Origin: Candidatus Parcubacteria bacterium
GTDB lineage: Bacteria; Patescibacteriota; Patescibacteriia; UBA1558; GWA2-36-10
Length of the DNA stretch: 64,000 nucleotides
Direction: 5' to 3'
NCBI GenBank assembly: GCA_018664825.1
Contig: JABJNO010000006.1
Span: 15,157-79,156, forward strand
A program made the translations under genes and the position numbers. Positions 45,895 to 55,238 of the stretch are shown here, piece by piece; positions within the stretch are counted from its first letter, which is position 1; each line of letters starts with the position of its first letter. The notes below the pieces were generated by a model, which saw only the letters and a program-made list of their open reading frames with translations, was not told the origin of the DNA and did no database searches.

Positions 45895-45984
45895 ACACAC
45901 CCAAAGAGGGAACTACGGTTCCCTCTTTTTTATTACCCTCAAAAATGCTAAAATAAGTACGTAAATAAAATAAAAACACTCAAA

Positions 45985-47643
45985 ATGCCAAAACAAAAAA
46001 TAAAATTCTTGTTTTTGATAATTACTGGGTATTTTTTTATTTTTGCCAAGCCAGCCAAGGCTGTCATACCGCCTGATTTTATATTTAGCATTACTGCCCA
46101 AATAGTCCAATTTTTTTCAATCATAATGATATTTTTGGCTACTATTTTAGGAACTTTGGTTCAATTTTTTAAAACGAAATACTACACTATCAGACACAAA
46201 AAAACTATCCTGACCTTGATAATAATCGGTATTGTCTTGGTCTCTTTTGTTTCTTCCTACTTTTATGCTACCCACAAACAAGAAGTCGAATATCAAAAAT
46301 GGCTAAACGAAAGTGAAAAATACAATATAGTAGAAATGGAGAACGAAGACATGGACTCTGATGGTGATGGACTGACAGATCTAGAAGAAGTCACCTACGG
46401 CACAAATCCTCACAACGCAGACACTGACGGAGACTCCTACTCAGACGGAGAAGAAGTCGCCAATGGCTATGATCCCCTGGGAAGTGGCAAGACCAAAGAA
46501 AATATAGAAAAAGGAGATGCAAACGATCAGCTAGCAATCGGTGCTCAAGCAAATGAAAATATCGATACTTCCGACAATACATTTGTATCCAATGTAGAGA
46601 TCACTGATGCTTCTACTAGTTTTATAAATGAGTATTATAGCAACATGGCCAACAGCAAACTAACCGAGGCCTATGAAATGTCAAAAAAATCTGTCAGCTA
46701 CTCAACATTTGAAAGCTGGTATCTAGAAACTACCAAAATTACTATTGATAAACTCATCAGAATAGACGAAACAAAATCATCCATAGAGCTCACTTTGTTT
46801 GAAGGAGAAAAATTTACTAGATATGGTGTCTTGATGGCTTTGGAGTTGAGAAATGAAATCCCACAAAGAGTAGCTAGCTCCAATGTAAAAATACTAGCCG
46901 AAGGAACTATCCAAAATCAAATTGTATCTATAGACGAACAAAAACTTTCTGATGAATATGCTTTTTTTGATGAACATAAAAACAAAAATCTCCTCTTCGG
47001 CAACCAAGAGCTACAAGACTTGATATCTAGTAGCGCCCAAGACTATATCATCTTGGATGCCAGAGAAGATATCGAATATGAAAATGGATATTTTCCTGCT
47101 AGTGAACATATACGCTTTGCAGATCTCAAGGCCGGACAATGGATAGAAATACCAGATGATAAATTTGTCTATGTCCTCTGCTGGTCAGGTATCCGTGGCA
47201 AAGAAGTAGCCGAATTTTTGAGAACCAAAAAAATAGTTGCCTCATACCTAGAAGAAGGAGCCAATGGCTGGGTAGAATTTGGTGGACACTGGATAGGTAG
47301 TATAAAATTTGGAGCACAATACAACGAATCAAGATATCAAATAGTATTTGATACTGATGATGTCAGACAAAAAGTACGAGATGGTGCCTTTTTGGTAGAT
47401 ACTAGAGAGCCCTACAAATTTAAACAAACCCACATAACAGGCAGTGTAAATATACCTATCATGTACACTCCTACTGTAAATATCGAAAATGTTTTTGCCC
47501 AAGTGCCAGCCAACAGCCAAATAATCACTGTCTGCGATGGTTATGTAAATTGTTTTGATGCAAAAATAACTGGCGTAGAACTAGAAAGACGTGGACATCA
47601 GTTTTTGGGAAGATACAATAAACCCTGGGAATATGAAAATTAA
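45985..47643 (+). CDS. Membrane-anchored protein with TSP3-like Ca-binding module and two C-terminal rhodanese domains
   Basis: Signal/TM N-terminus. DSDGDGLTDLEEVTYGTNPHNADTDGDSYSDGEEVANGYDPLGSG. Rhodanese 1 active-site loop LCWSGIRGKE. Rhodanese 2 ITVCDGYVNC. Confidence 0.55.
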   Translation: MPKQKIKFLFLIITGYFFIFAKPAKAVIPPDFIFSITAQIVQFFSIIMIFLATILGTLVQFFKTKYYTIRHKKTILTLIIIGIVLVSFVSSYFYATHKQEVEYQKWLNESEKYNIVEMENEDMDSDGDGLTDLEEVTYGTNPHNADTDGDSYSDGEEVANGYDPLGSGKTKENIEKGDANDQLAIGAQANENIDTSDNTFVSNVEITDASTSFINEYYSNMANSKLTEAYEMSKKSVSYSTFESWYLETTKITIDKLIRIDETKSSIELTLFEGEKFTRYGVLMALELRNEIPQRVASSNVKILAEGTIQNQIVSIDEQKLSDEYAFFDEHKNKNLLFGNQELQDLISSSAQDYIILDAREDIEYENGYFPASEHIRFADLKAGQWIEIPDDKFVYVLCWSGIRGKEVAEFLRTKKIVASYLEEGANGWVEFGGHWIGSIKFGAQYNESRYQIVFDTDDVRQKVRDGAFLVDTREPYKFKQTHITGSVNIPIMYTPTVNIENVFAQVPANSQIITVCDGYVNCFDAKITGVELERRGHQFLGRYNKPWEYEN

Positions 47644-48547
47644 AACTTCAAAAGTCATAATACTTTGGTTACTGGTCGTTATTTTGTCCATTGCTGTACC
47701 TCTTAGCTATTTGTTGTTCAACAAATCACTATACTTTTCTGATAGAATAATTGTATTGTTCAATGACGAAAACAATGCCAATCATGCCTTGATAGTTGAG
47801 CTAGTTAGTTATGAGATGGCGCCTTATTATTATCATCATACTTATTTTGCAATTTTGCTGGATGAGAAAAAAAATAGCCATACCAAGTCACACGAGTTCA
47901 ATTCTTTCAACGGTGATTTTCAAGCCAAAGATTTTATAAAAAATATCAAAAAAGAAAACAACGAAAATATCCTAGACGAAGACTATCTTATCAGCTTACA
48001 AATCAATAACAAAAATATCGAAATTGATTTGACTGACTTACGTGGAGATTTTTTGATAAACAACTCTTTGGACAGATTTACTTATATGAATCTAGGCAAT
48101 ACCGAGATAAAAATAAACGGACAAGGGCAACAAGCCGACTTTGCAATGAATAGGACATCATCCATAAACCACGGCAAGCTGATGTTGTCTCAAAATGTCA
48201 GAGCAAAAGGTCAGGCTGTATTTTTGGCAGACAAAGATGGCGCTTTGTACTACACCGACATAACCAATGTCCCCGAAAATAGCACAAACTATATGTCCCA
48301 TGCTTGGTCTATAAACAAACACGACAATGTATTGCGCAAAGATGTCAGCGAACGAATAAATATAACCGACATAGACCAAGAAAGTTATATTTTGGATTTG
48401 CCACACTTTGATAACGCTTATATAAAAATAAACAAGACATTTATCTATCCTGGTATAATAGACTACGCCCTACTCCGAGGCGAGCTGATAGATAATCATG
48501 GTGAAAAAATAATACGTGGTTTTAGTATGCAATATGACTACCGATAA
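47633..48547 (+). CDS. Membrane-anchored hypothetical protein
   Basis: Start chosen at the MKIKTSKVIILWLLVV Met, which overlaps the upstream stop (ATGAAAATTAA). The track start is 47591. Confidence 0.4.
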   Translation: MKIKTSKVIILWLLVVILSIAVPLSYLLFNKSLYFSDRIIVLFNDENNANHALIVELVSYEMAPYYYHHTYFAILLDEKKNSHTKSHEFNSFNGDFQAKDFIKNIKKENNENILDEDYLISLQINNKNIEIDLTDLRGDFLINNSLDRFTYMNLGNTEIKINGQGQQADFAMNRTSSINHGKLMLSQNVRAKGQAVFLADKDGALYYTDITNVPENSTNYMSHAWSINKHDNVLRKDVSERINITDIDQESYILDLPHFDNAYIKINKTFIYPGIIDYALLRGELIDNHGEKIIRGFSMQYDYR

Positions 48548-50576
48548 AAGTCTCATTTCTATACAAGAAATTGACTCTTACAAAAAATTTATTGGCAACA
48601 AAACTCTAAATTTAAAAAAGTGTTCTGATTTTGGATTCAATGTTCCAAAATTTTTGGCTATCCCCAGTACAGTTACTAGTATTTTGTTGACCAACCCCAG
48701 TGCACGCAAAGATATCGCCAAAAAAATTGTACACACACTTCCCAGTGAAAAATACGCTATCCGCTCTAGTGGACTTTTGGAAGATAGTCAGAGTCAGTCA
48801 TTTGCTGGCCAATTTTTGACCAAAACAAATGTCAGGCCAAGTGGCCTCGAAGACGCTATCCGCCAAGTCCTAGAACATGCTGACAAATACCTAAAAGGGC
48901 AGATAGATAAATTTTCTATAATAATACAAGAATACATAAACCCTCAGATGGCAGGCGTCACTTTTACTAGAAATCCAAACGGTAGTAGAGAGATGATAAT
49001 CGAATATGGATATTGTGAGGGCGAAAAGATAGTCAGTGGAGAAATAAAGCCAAAAAAAGTTTCTTTTTATTGGTCAGAGCAAACACCAAAAAAGCTCCCA
49101 GAATCATTTGTAGATCAAAAAGTTATTGAACAGTTCAAAGATATAGAGACAAAAAACAACTGGCCACAAGATATAGAGTGGTGCTTCAAAGACGAGACTT
49201 TTTATATATTACAAAATAGGCCGATCACTACCATCTCTCCAGAAAAATATCAGGAAAGTACTTTTTTGGACAACAATTTGGCAAAGCAAAAAAAATACTA
49301 CTTTGAAAAAACTGAAATATCCGAAATAGCACCAAAACCCAACACTATTACGCTAGATATACTCAAAAAAATATACAGCCCAAAAGGTCCTGTAACCAAT
49401 ATCTACAAAAAATATAATGTAGCTTACAAAGATACTGATTTTTTAAAAATTGTTGGCAATGATCTATATGTAGACAAAGAAAAAGAAATACAAAGTCTCT
49501 TACCTGCTTATAGCTATCTACAAAACAATACTTATTCTGCCAAATTCAGAAAATATTCCAAAACTTTGATAACTCTAAAAAATCTCCTCCACCTAAACAA
49601 AATCAAAACTGATGATTATGAGTACATTTTTGATAACCTAAAAAACAAAATCGAAGAGACAACACCTGAGCTAAATATAAAAGAAATTTTGGAGAAATTT
49701 TTGACAGACTATGAGATTATTTTCCAAGCAAATCTTTTGTCTGGTATGGCTATCAAAAAACTAGAGGCTATTTTGAAAAACGAAAAAATAAATCTACCCG
49801 AAATCATAGAGAGTTCCTCTACTTTTGTTGATCTTGATAAATACAAAATAAATCTACCCCAAAACCTACAGGGAAACTCTATTGATATAGCTGACAAATC
49901 AGAATTTGCTACTAGTGTAAAAAATAGCCAAGAAAATAAAGATACAAAAGAGTGGTGGCAAAAAATATCTAGCTACAAAAAGAAAGTTTTTGAAAAAAAG
50001 ATAGAAGAAGGTATTTTTTATAACTACTTACGAGAAGTAGGCCGCTACCTAACAGTAAAAAATATCAATCTACTACGACAATCTTTACTCAATATCGCCA
50101 AACAAAATAATTTTGCCAATCCAGAAGACATATACTTTACCAATCTTGAAAATGTCTTGGAAAACAAAATAAATGAAGAAAAATGCATTGCTAATAAAAA
50201 CAATTATCTAAAATACAAAGATTTTGAGTTTCCAAGCACCCTGACTTCATCTGTGCCCAATATAAAAAACAAAATAATGGGCGTATCAGCAGGCGTGGCT
50301 ACTGGTATTTTGCAAACCGCTGATATGATCAAAAATACAGGAGACAAAAATATTATATTGTATACCAAAATGTTATCTCCTGATCTGACTACCTATTTTG
50401 ATAAAATATCTGGCATAGTCTCAAACAACGGTGGCCTACTGTCCCATCTAGCCATAGTTGCCCGTGAAAGTAACATCCCTGTGATCGTAGGTGTATCACT
50501 AAACACCACCCAGATAAAAATCGGAGACAAAATACAAATAGACGGTAGCCAAGGTAAAATTTCTAAAATAAATTAA
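48534..50576 (+). CDS. PEP-utilising enzyme family protein (PPDK_N-like ATP-grasp plus mobile phospho-His domain; PEP synthase / rifampicin-phosphotransferase-like)
   Basis: C-terminal ILYTKMLSPDLTTYFDKISGIVSNNGGLLSHLAIVARESNIPVIVGV matches the mobile domain GG..SHaAIvARE..iP.VvG. N-terminal half is an ATP-grasp-like nucleotide-binding domain. Confidence 0.55.
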   Translation: MTTDKSLISIQEIDSYKKFIGNKTLNLKKCSDFGFNVPKFLAIPSTVTSILLTNPSARKDIAKKIVHTLPSEKYAIRSSGLLEDSQSQSFAGQFLTKTNVRPSGLEDAIRQVLEHADKYLKGQIDKFSIIIQEYINPQMAGVTFTRNPNGSREMIIEYGYCEGEKIVSGEIKPKKVSFYWSEQTPKKLPESFVDQKVIEQFKDIETKNNWPQDIEWCFKDETFYILQNRPITTISPEKYQESTFLDNNLAKQKKYYFEKTEISEIAPKPNTITLDILKKIYSPKGPVTNIYKKYNVAYKDTDFLKIVGNDLYVDKEKEIQSLLPAYSYLQNNTYSAKFRKYSKTLITLKNLLHLNKIKTDDYEYIFDNLKNKIEETTPELNIKEILEKFLTDYEIIFQANLLSGMAIKKLEAILKNEKINLPEIIESSSTFVDLDKYKINLPQNLQGNSIDIADKSEFATSVKNSQENKDTKEWWQKISSYKKKVFEKKIEEGIFYNYLREVGRYLTVKNINLLRQSLLNIAKQNNFANPEDIYFTNLENVLENKINEEKCIANKNNYLKYKDFEFPSTLTSSVPNIKNKIMGVSAGVATGILQTADMIKNTGDKNIILYTKMLSPDLTTYFDKISGIVSNNGGLLSHLAIVARESNIPVIVGVSLNTTQIKIGDKIQIDGSQGKISKIN

Positions 50577-50592
50577 ATTTAAACCCAAAAAT

Positions 50593-51174
50593 ATGAATTC
50601 AAGACAAATCATCCTAGCATCTACCTCCCCTCGTCGCAAAGAAATACTATCTTTGACTGGTTTAAAGTTTGAAACAGTTGCCAGTGACTACGAAGAGGAT
50701 ATGACTCTAGACCTCGAACCACTAGAGCTAGCCAAACTCCTTTCTAGAGGAAAGGCCGAGGCCGTGGCAAAAGACTATAAAGATAGTATAGTTATCGGTG
50801 CTGATACTTTTGTTGTGCTAAACAACGAACTCCTAGGCAAACCACATGATGCAGATACTGCTACCAAAATGCTAGAAAAAATAAGCAATCAAGCAGTTTC
50901 ATTGATAACTGGCTATACTATCATCGATACAGCCAATAATAAAAATATATCCGAAACAGTAGAAACCAAAATATACATAAAAGAGCTTTCAGACCAAGAG
51001 ATCAAGGGCTACGTCGCAACAAAAGAGCCTCTCGATAAAGCAGGGGCATTTGCTATACAGGGTATAGGTGCAATATTTATCAAAAAAATTGAAGGTGACT
51101 TCTTTGGGGCTATGGGTTTACCACTTTTTGACCTATCAAAAGCTCTAAAAAAATTTGGAATCTCTATTTTATAA
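50593..51174 (+). CDS. maf: Maf-like nucleoside triphosphate pyrophosphatase
   Basis: IILASTSPRRKEILSLTGLKF ... VIGADTFVVLNNELLGKP ... AFAIQGIGAIFIKKIEGDFFGAMGLP. Confidence 0.85.
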   Translation: MNSRQIILASTSPRRKEILSLTGLKFETVASDYEEDMTLDLEPLELAKLLSRGKAEAVAKDYKDSIVIGADTFVVLNNELLGKPHDADTATKMLEKISNQAVSLITGYTIIDTANNKNISETVETKIYIKELSDQEIKGYVATKEPLDKAGAFAIQGIGAIFIKKIEGDFFGAMGLPLFDLSKALKKFGISIL

Positions 51175-51177
51175 AAC

Positions 51178-51987
51178 TTGCCTAATATAAAATTTAAATC
51201 TAAAATTATGAAAACAATCTTTTCCTTATTCCTCTTGGTGGTGCTGGCTGGTGCTGGCTATATCTGGTGGCAAAACAGTCAAACAGTCAAAACTACAGAA
51301 CCAGATCAACAAATCCAACAAGAAGTTTCAGAAGAACAAATCAGTCCAGAAGAACAAGAATTCAATGACAGTGGCCAAGCCAAAGCCATAGAAGATGAGA
51401 GCGATCTCTGGCCATTTTATAATAACCCAGCAGTTGGCATTTCATTTAACCACCCTCCTGATATAATTCTCTTGGAAGATGGTGTTGTGATGGATGATGC
51501 AGAACAAATCTATCTAGAAGTAGAAATAAAAAATATCGGAGAACAAGTAGAACCTATAGATTTTGACTATGATGAAGCTATGGAAAATATCCAAGACCTA
51601 TCCGGTGGAGAGTTTGGCCTAGCTCACGGTTTTCCTTTTGAAAATTCCCAACAAGTAAAGTCCGTCGGCTTTCTTTTTGCCCAAGACTATATGGTCCTAG
51701 CTCGCTTTGAAGTCTGTGATGTGGCCTTAGAAAGAAAACTTCGTTTTTATTTCAACAACAAACAAATTACTTTGACTTTGTTTGGCCCTGAAGATACGTT
51801 GACCAAAACTATGTCCAAATACTTTACTGTTGACCCTGACAATTGTGGAGATTACAAAATGTGGGATTTTGATAAACAAGCTGATTTTTACCAAGAACTA
51901 CTAGATGGTACTGCTTCACCTGAAGTCCAAAAATGGTTTGATAGTTTTGATGATATAGCCGAAAAAATAATTTTTGCTCACCGATAA
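51178..51987 (+). CDS. Membrane-anchored acidic hypothetical protein
   Basis: N-terminal TM helix. Glu/Asp-rich. No recognised domain. Confidence 0.4.
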   Translation: MPNIKFKSKIMKTIFSLFLLVVLAGAGYIWWQNSQTVKTTEPDQQIQQEVSEEQISPEEQEFNDSGQAKAIEDESDLWPFYNNPAVGISFNHPPDIILLEDGVVMDDAEQIYLEVEIKNIGEQVEPIDFDYDEAMENIQDLSGGEFGLAHGFPFENSQQVKSVGFLFAQDYMVLARFEVCDVALERKLRFYFNNKQITLTLFGPEDTLTKTMSKYFTVDPDNCGDYKMWDFDKQADFYQELLDGTASPEVQKWFDSFDDIAEKIIFAHR

Positions 51988-52213
51988 AAATAAACACATG
52001 AAAAAATATACACTTCCTATTATTATTTTTATTCTTGGCATCATCTCTTTTATTACCTTTGGCCTTATTGGTTCCGAAGTTTCAGAAGATGGGATGCTTA
52101 TAGAACAATTCGGACTTATACCTATTGGTTATTTATTGATAACTATCAGTATAATATGGAGCATAATTATTTTAATTATCCCCATGTTTCAAAAGACAAA
52201 TAAAAAACCCTAG
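51974..52213 (+). CDS. Small two-TM membrane protein
   Basis: 79 aa with two hydrophobic helices. Overlaps the upstream stop. Confidence 0.35.
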   Translation: MLTDKNKHMKKYTLPIIIFILGIISFITFGLIGSEVSEDGMLIEQFGLIPIGYLLITISIIWSIIILIIPMFQKTNKKP

Positions 52214-52229
52214 ATTAAAATCTAGGGTT
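52206..52229 (+). terminator. Bidirectional terminator (aaccctagatt-aa-aatctagggtt)
   Basis: Perfect 11-bp palindromic stem between convergent genes. Confidence 0.65.
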
Positions 52230-52236
52230 TTGTTTA

Positions 52237-52578
52237 TTAACAGGCTTTTTCCCTCTGCCACATGATAAAAAAATATGTGAGCATAAACAAAAAGAAACAG
52301 GGAAAAATAAAGCCAACTGCTGTGATTTTGGCAATGGCAAAATGAATCACCAGGTACAAGGCCGCTAATAAAATAGCCGCTCCCGACCAATTGATACGCT
52401 TGCCTATAATACCTCCAGCCACAATGCCAGCAATCAGCCCAAAGGCAAACCCTATCAAACAGCCCAAATAAGCTCTCTGCTGATCTTGCTCTCCTAGGGC
52501 TTCAACCCAAGAAAAAAAGAATCTTTGCACAATCAGACTAGCTGATGAGACCAAGATGATAGGAATCAGGTTACGCAT
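52237..52578 (-). CDS. Integral membrane protein (3-4 TM), hypothetical; strong SD
   Basis: aaaagggagataatcATG. A TTGACA -35 lies upstream. Confidence 0.45.
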   Translation of the reverse strand: MRNLIPIILVSSASLIVQRFFFSWVEALGEQDQQRAYLGCLIGFAFGLIAGIVAGGIIGKRINWSGAAILLAALYLVIHFAIAKITAVGFIFPCFFLFMLTYFFIMWQREKAC

Positions 52579-52695
52579 GATTATCTCCCTTTTTTAAAAG
52601 ATCAAAGTTTGAATTTAACGATTGATATTATTATATATAATCATCTTTGTCAATAAATAAACCCCCTAGATAAAAATATAGGGGGTTTTATAATA

Positions 52696-52775
52696 AGGGA
52701 GCAGGAACTCACCGGAAGAGCTAGGCTCCTCACGAACTCCGTAGAGCCCGCTGGGCGAGAGAGCCCCTACTCCAC
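52696..52775 (+). ncRNA. GC-rich highly structured element of about 80 nt (candidate small RNA or repeat); strand uncertain
   Basis: GGGAGCAGGAACUCACCGGAAGAGCUAGGCUCC forms nested helices (GGAGC/GCUCC and CUC/GAG around ACCGGAA). Then CUCCGUAGAG and GGGCGAGAGAGCCC hairpins. A long-range GGAGCAGG/CCUACUCC pairing is possible. About 65% GC in AT-rich surroundings. No family recognised. Confidence 0.25.
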
Positions 52776-52780
52776 ACTGA

Positions 52781-53149
52781 TTATTCTTTACTATCAGCCA
52801 AATTGACCTCAGGCCAACTCAAGACTTCTTCGGGAATTGGACTCCCCCCTTCTCTTGCTTGCCTAGCCAAAATCCGACGTAGATGAAAATTTTGGCAAGC
52901 TATCATATTGTGCATATGGCAAATATTGCTACTGCGAAAAACTCCCAAGATGCCAGGACAATCAGAATAATGTATCCGACCACTATTTTCACCTATGCGA
53001 AAAGGTGGAAAACTACCCAATGTCCACGTACCTCTTTCTTCATTTACTTTTACATTGCGCGGACACTTGCCAGTGACTTTGATTTCATTACCTTCTCTAA
53101 TTAGAAAAAGTAATCCTGACCATTTTTTTCTGGTTTTTTTCATAGTCAT
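52781..53149 (-). CDS. Cys/His-rich small protein, possible zinc-dependent nuclease-like (HNH/Vsr-like motif uncertain)
   Basis: SDCPGILGVFRSSNICHMHNMIACQNFHLRR. GC-richer. N-terminal basic segment. Confidence 0.3.
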   Translation of the reverse strand: MTMKKTRKKWSGLLFLIREGNEIKVTGKCPRNVKVNEERGTWTLGSFPPFRIGENSGRIHYSDCPGILGVFRSSNICHMHNMIACQNFHLRRILARQAREGGSPIPEEVLSWPEVNLADSKE

Positions 53150-53322
53150 CTTATACTCCTTATTTTGGGTTTAAAAGTACTATCTCAATAATCAAAAATT
53201 ACTACTTAACATAACAATTGTCAAATATCATTGACAAAATACCTTCAAAATACTAATATTTAGTGTAATTCACCTAGGTAAAAATCCTATAAAATGTACC
53301 CTAAAACAAAAGAGGTTTCCAA

Positions 53323-53703
53323 ATGAACAACAAAGTGCGCCGTTTTCTTTTGATCTTGTTATTGATCCTCATCTACATCCCTGTCCGTGGTATCGACAAC
53401 ATCAACGGTGATCTCCGATTTATAGGCTTCTGCCCCAACTGTACGGATTCCTATTATTGGAAAGAATCCAGCTCTCTGACTTATTGGAAAGCCGAAGATC
53501 AAACTTCGTTTGGCCACACATCCTCAGCAGTGATGATCTGTAAAAAATGTATGGATGACCCCGAGGGGCTGAGTCCCAACCGAATCGGCTTTATGCTCTG
53601 GTGGCCACTTGGAATAGGTGGCTGGGACAAAGAAGGCACAGACATGGTCAAGGATGCTGTACGTCAGTACAAACAAGGTGACGCAAGTCTTCGGTCAATC
53701 TAA
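53323..53703 (+). CDS. Secreted/membrane-anchored zinc-ribbon protein (CxxC...CxxC), hypothetical
   Basis: SD caaaagaggtttccaaATG. Motifs FCPNCTD and ICKKCMDDPEG. N-terminal hydrophobic helix. Confidence 0.4.
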   Translation: MNNKVRRFLLILLLILIYIPVRGIDNINGDLRFIGFCPNCTDSYYWKESSSLTYWKAEDQTSFGHTSSAVMICKKCMDDPEGLSPNRIGFMLWWPLGIGGWDKEGTDMVKDAVRQYKQGDASLRSI

Positions 53704-53750
53704 AGCCCAAAACAAACACACCGATTTCTCCCCAACCGAAAGGAAAGACT

Positions 53751-53993
53751 ATGTGGTTGATACGATTCAATCAATGGTACGACCAACTATCCCCCGATCC
53801 TCGTTTCATTTTATTCCTGCTCTTCATCGCCATAATCGGCATTGGGTCGATTAGCTTTGGTCTGAATCTCAATCAGCCCAAGCTAGCTCTATTTGGCACT
53901 GTCTGGATTGCCATCTTTGGTGGCCAAAGAGCGATTTACTTCCTTCTCAATCGAAGAGTTGTTCGTTCCAGAGTCCAAAAACCTAGAGGTTAA
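53751..53993 (+). CDS. Small two-TM membrane protein
   Basis: 80 aa. Followed by a terminator (ccctcg...cggggg + T-run). Confidence 0.35.
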   Translation: MWLIRFNQWYDQLSPDPRFILFLLFIAIIGIGSISFGLNLNQPKLALFGTVWIAIFGGQRAIYFLLNRRVVRSRVQKPRG

Positions 53994-54066
53994 ACCTCAC
54001 TCACCCTCGTTTTTTTAAACGGGGGTTTTATTTTACAAAAATATCTAAAAGGATTAAGATTATCTT

Positions 54067-54741
54067 ATGGAAAATAATAAACTAGAAGATTGTAAAAAAC
54101 TAAAGGAATACCTGGCCAATGCCAAATCGGGTCTTGAAAAAATTGATGAATTACTAGCTTCTAGTGAAATTGCTTTTGCTGGACCTGCAAAAAACTCTTT
54201 AGATTTTTTTATAGCTGAAATAAAAAAACTTTTAGATTGCTACAAAGAAATATCTTTTATTGAATATACTACTCTAGCAGAACTTGATAAAAATGATTTT
54301 CATAGCACAGAATCTTTTAAAGCCAACATATCACAACAAATAATTTTGGCAATGCTAAATGGCTATGCAGAAGGACGATATCATGCGGGTAACTCTAACT
54401 ATATAGAAGATAAAGAATCCGATAAGATAATAGGCATATCCTATAATGCACGTGGGTTTAAAGATCCTGAAAAAGATTTTGCTGGTTTTGCAGAATATAT
54501 CAAAAAAAATATTCGTCTCATCCCCTCCGACCTAAGAGATCATTTTACCATACATATTGGTCATAACTTTGGTGATGCCTGTGGTATATTGATAAAAGGA
54601 GATGAAATAAAAATAATAGACCAAGACGTAATAAACGATCAGGGAATGACCATAGGCAACAAGGGAATTACTTATTATGATTATAATAACGAACAGCTAA
54701 AAAAAATCTACAAGAAAGTGACAGAAGAACTAAGTAAATAA
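54067..54741 (+). CDS. Hypothetical protein with a helical N-terminus related to the next gene
   Basis: KLEDCKKLKEYLANAKSGLEKIDELL versus KKDCETMAENLDDAKGALELIKKVL in the downstream gene. GC about 30%. Confidence 0.4.
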   Translation: MENNKLEDCKKLKEYLANAKSGLEKIDELLASSEIAFAGPAKNSLDFFIAEIKKLLDCYKEISFIEYTTLAELDKNDFHSTESFKANISQQIILAMLNGYAEGRYHAGNSNYIEDKESDKIIGISYNARGFKDPEKDFAGFAEYIKKNIRLIPSDLRDHFTIHIGHNFGDACGILIKGDEIKIIDQDVINDQGMTIGNKGITYYDYNNEQLKKIYKKVTEELSK

Positions 54742-54742
54742 T

Positions 54743-55201
54743 GTGATGAAAAAAGCTACAAAAAAAGATTGTGAAACAATGGCGGAAAATCTAGATGATG
54801 CCAAAGGTGCTTTGGAGCTAATAAAAAAAGTATTGGAAGACAAGCTGAACAACCATCCTAAATGGCCTGACCCCGAATCCTTTACAACAGCCTTTGATTC
54901 TCATACCAGGGAAATAAGGAAGATATTAGAAAATTACGGCATCTTTACATTTGAAGAACATAGTTTTGAATTAGACGGAAATGGATTTATTGAGTTTGGC
55001 TCACTATCCAGAAGAGTAATGAAAAAACAATGCCAATATGGTAGCCGTTATATTGACGGCAAGCTAGATGATTACCCTAACCTAGGTGAGGGTTTACGCT
55101 TTGAAGGAGATACTTCGGATTATCATTTTATCAAAATACACAAAGACGATGTAACTGAATTTATCAAAAGAGTCCGCGAATACCAATCACAATATACATA
55201 A
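54743..55201 (+). CDS. Hypothetical protein (paralog-like N-terminus)
   Basis: Starts 2 nt after the upstream stop. Followed by the bidirectional terminator aaccccatactatatagtatggggtt. Confidence 0.4.
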   Translation: MMKKATKKDCETMAENLDDAKGALELIKKVLEDKLNNHPKWPDPESFTTAFDSHTREIRKILENYGIFTFEEHSFELDGNGFIEFGSLSRRVMKKQCQYGSRYIDGKLDDYPNLGEGLRFEGDTSDYHFIKIHKDDVTEFIKRVREYQSQYT

Positions 55202-55238
55202 AATAAAAACCCCATACTATATAGTATGGGGTTTTAAA

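Noticed and set aside
45697-45900. Track ORFs 45618..45800 and 45697..45900 on the minus strand
   Set aside because: They are antisense to a plus-strand 53-aa ORF that has an SD, a promoter and a downstream terminator. The plus-strand gene is preferred.
52696-52775. Identification of the GC-rich 80-nt element as SRP RNA, RNase P RNA, tmRNA or 6S RNA
   Set aside because: The conserved cores of those RNAs are not present. For example, no domain IV GGAAGCAGCCA is intact, there is no RNase P P4 sequence and no tRNA-like 3' end. It is kept only as an unclassified structured candidate.
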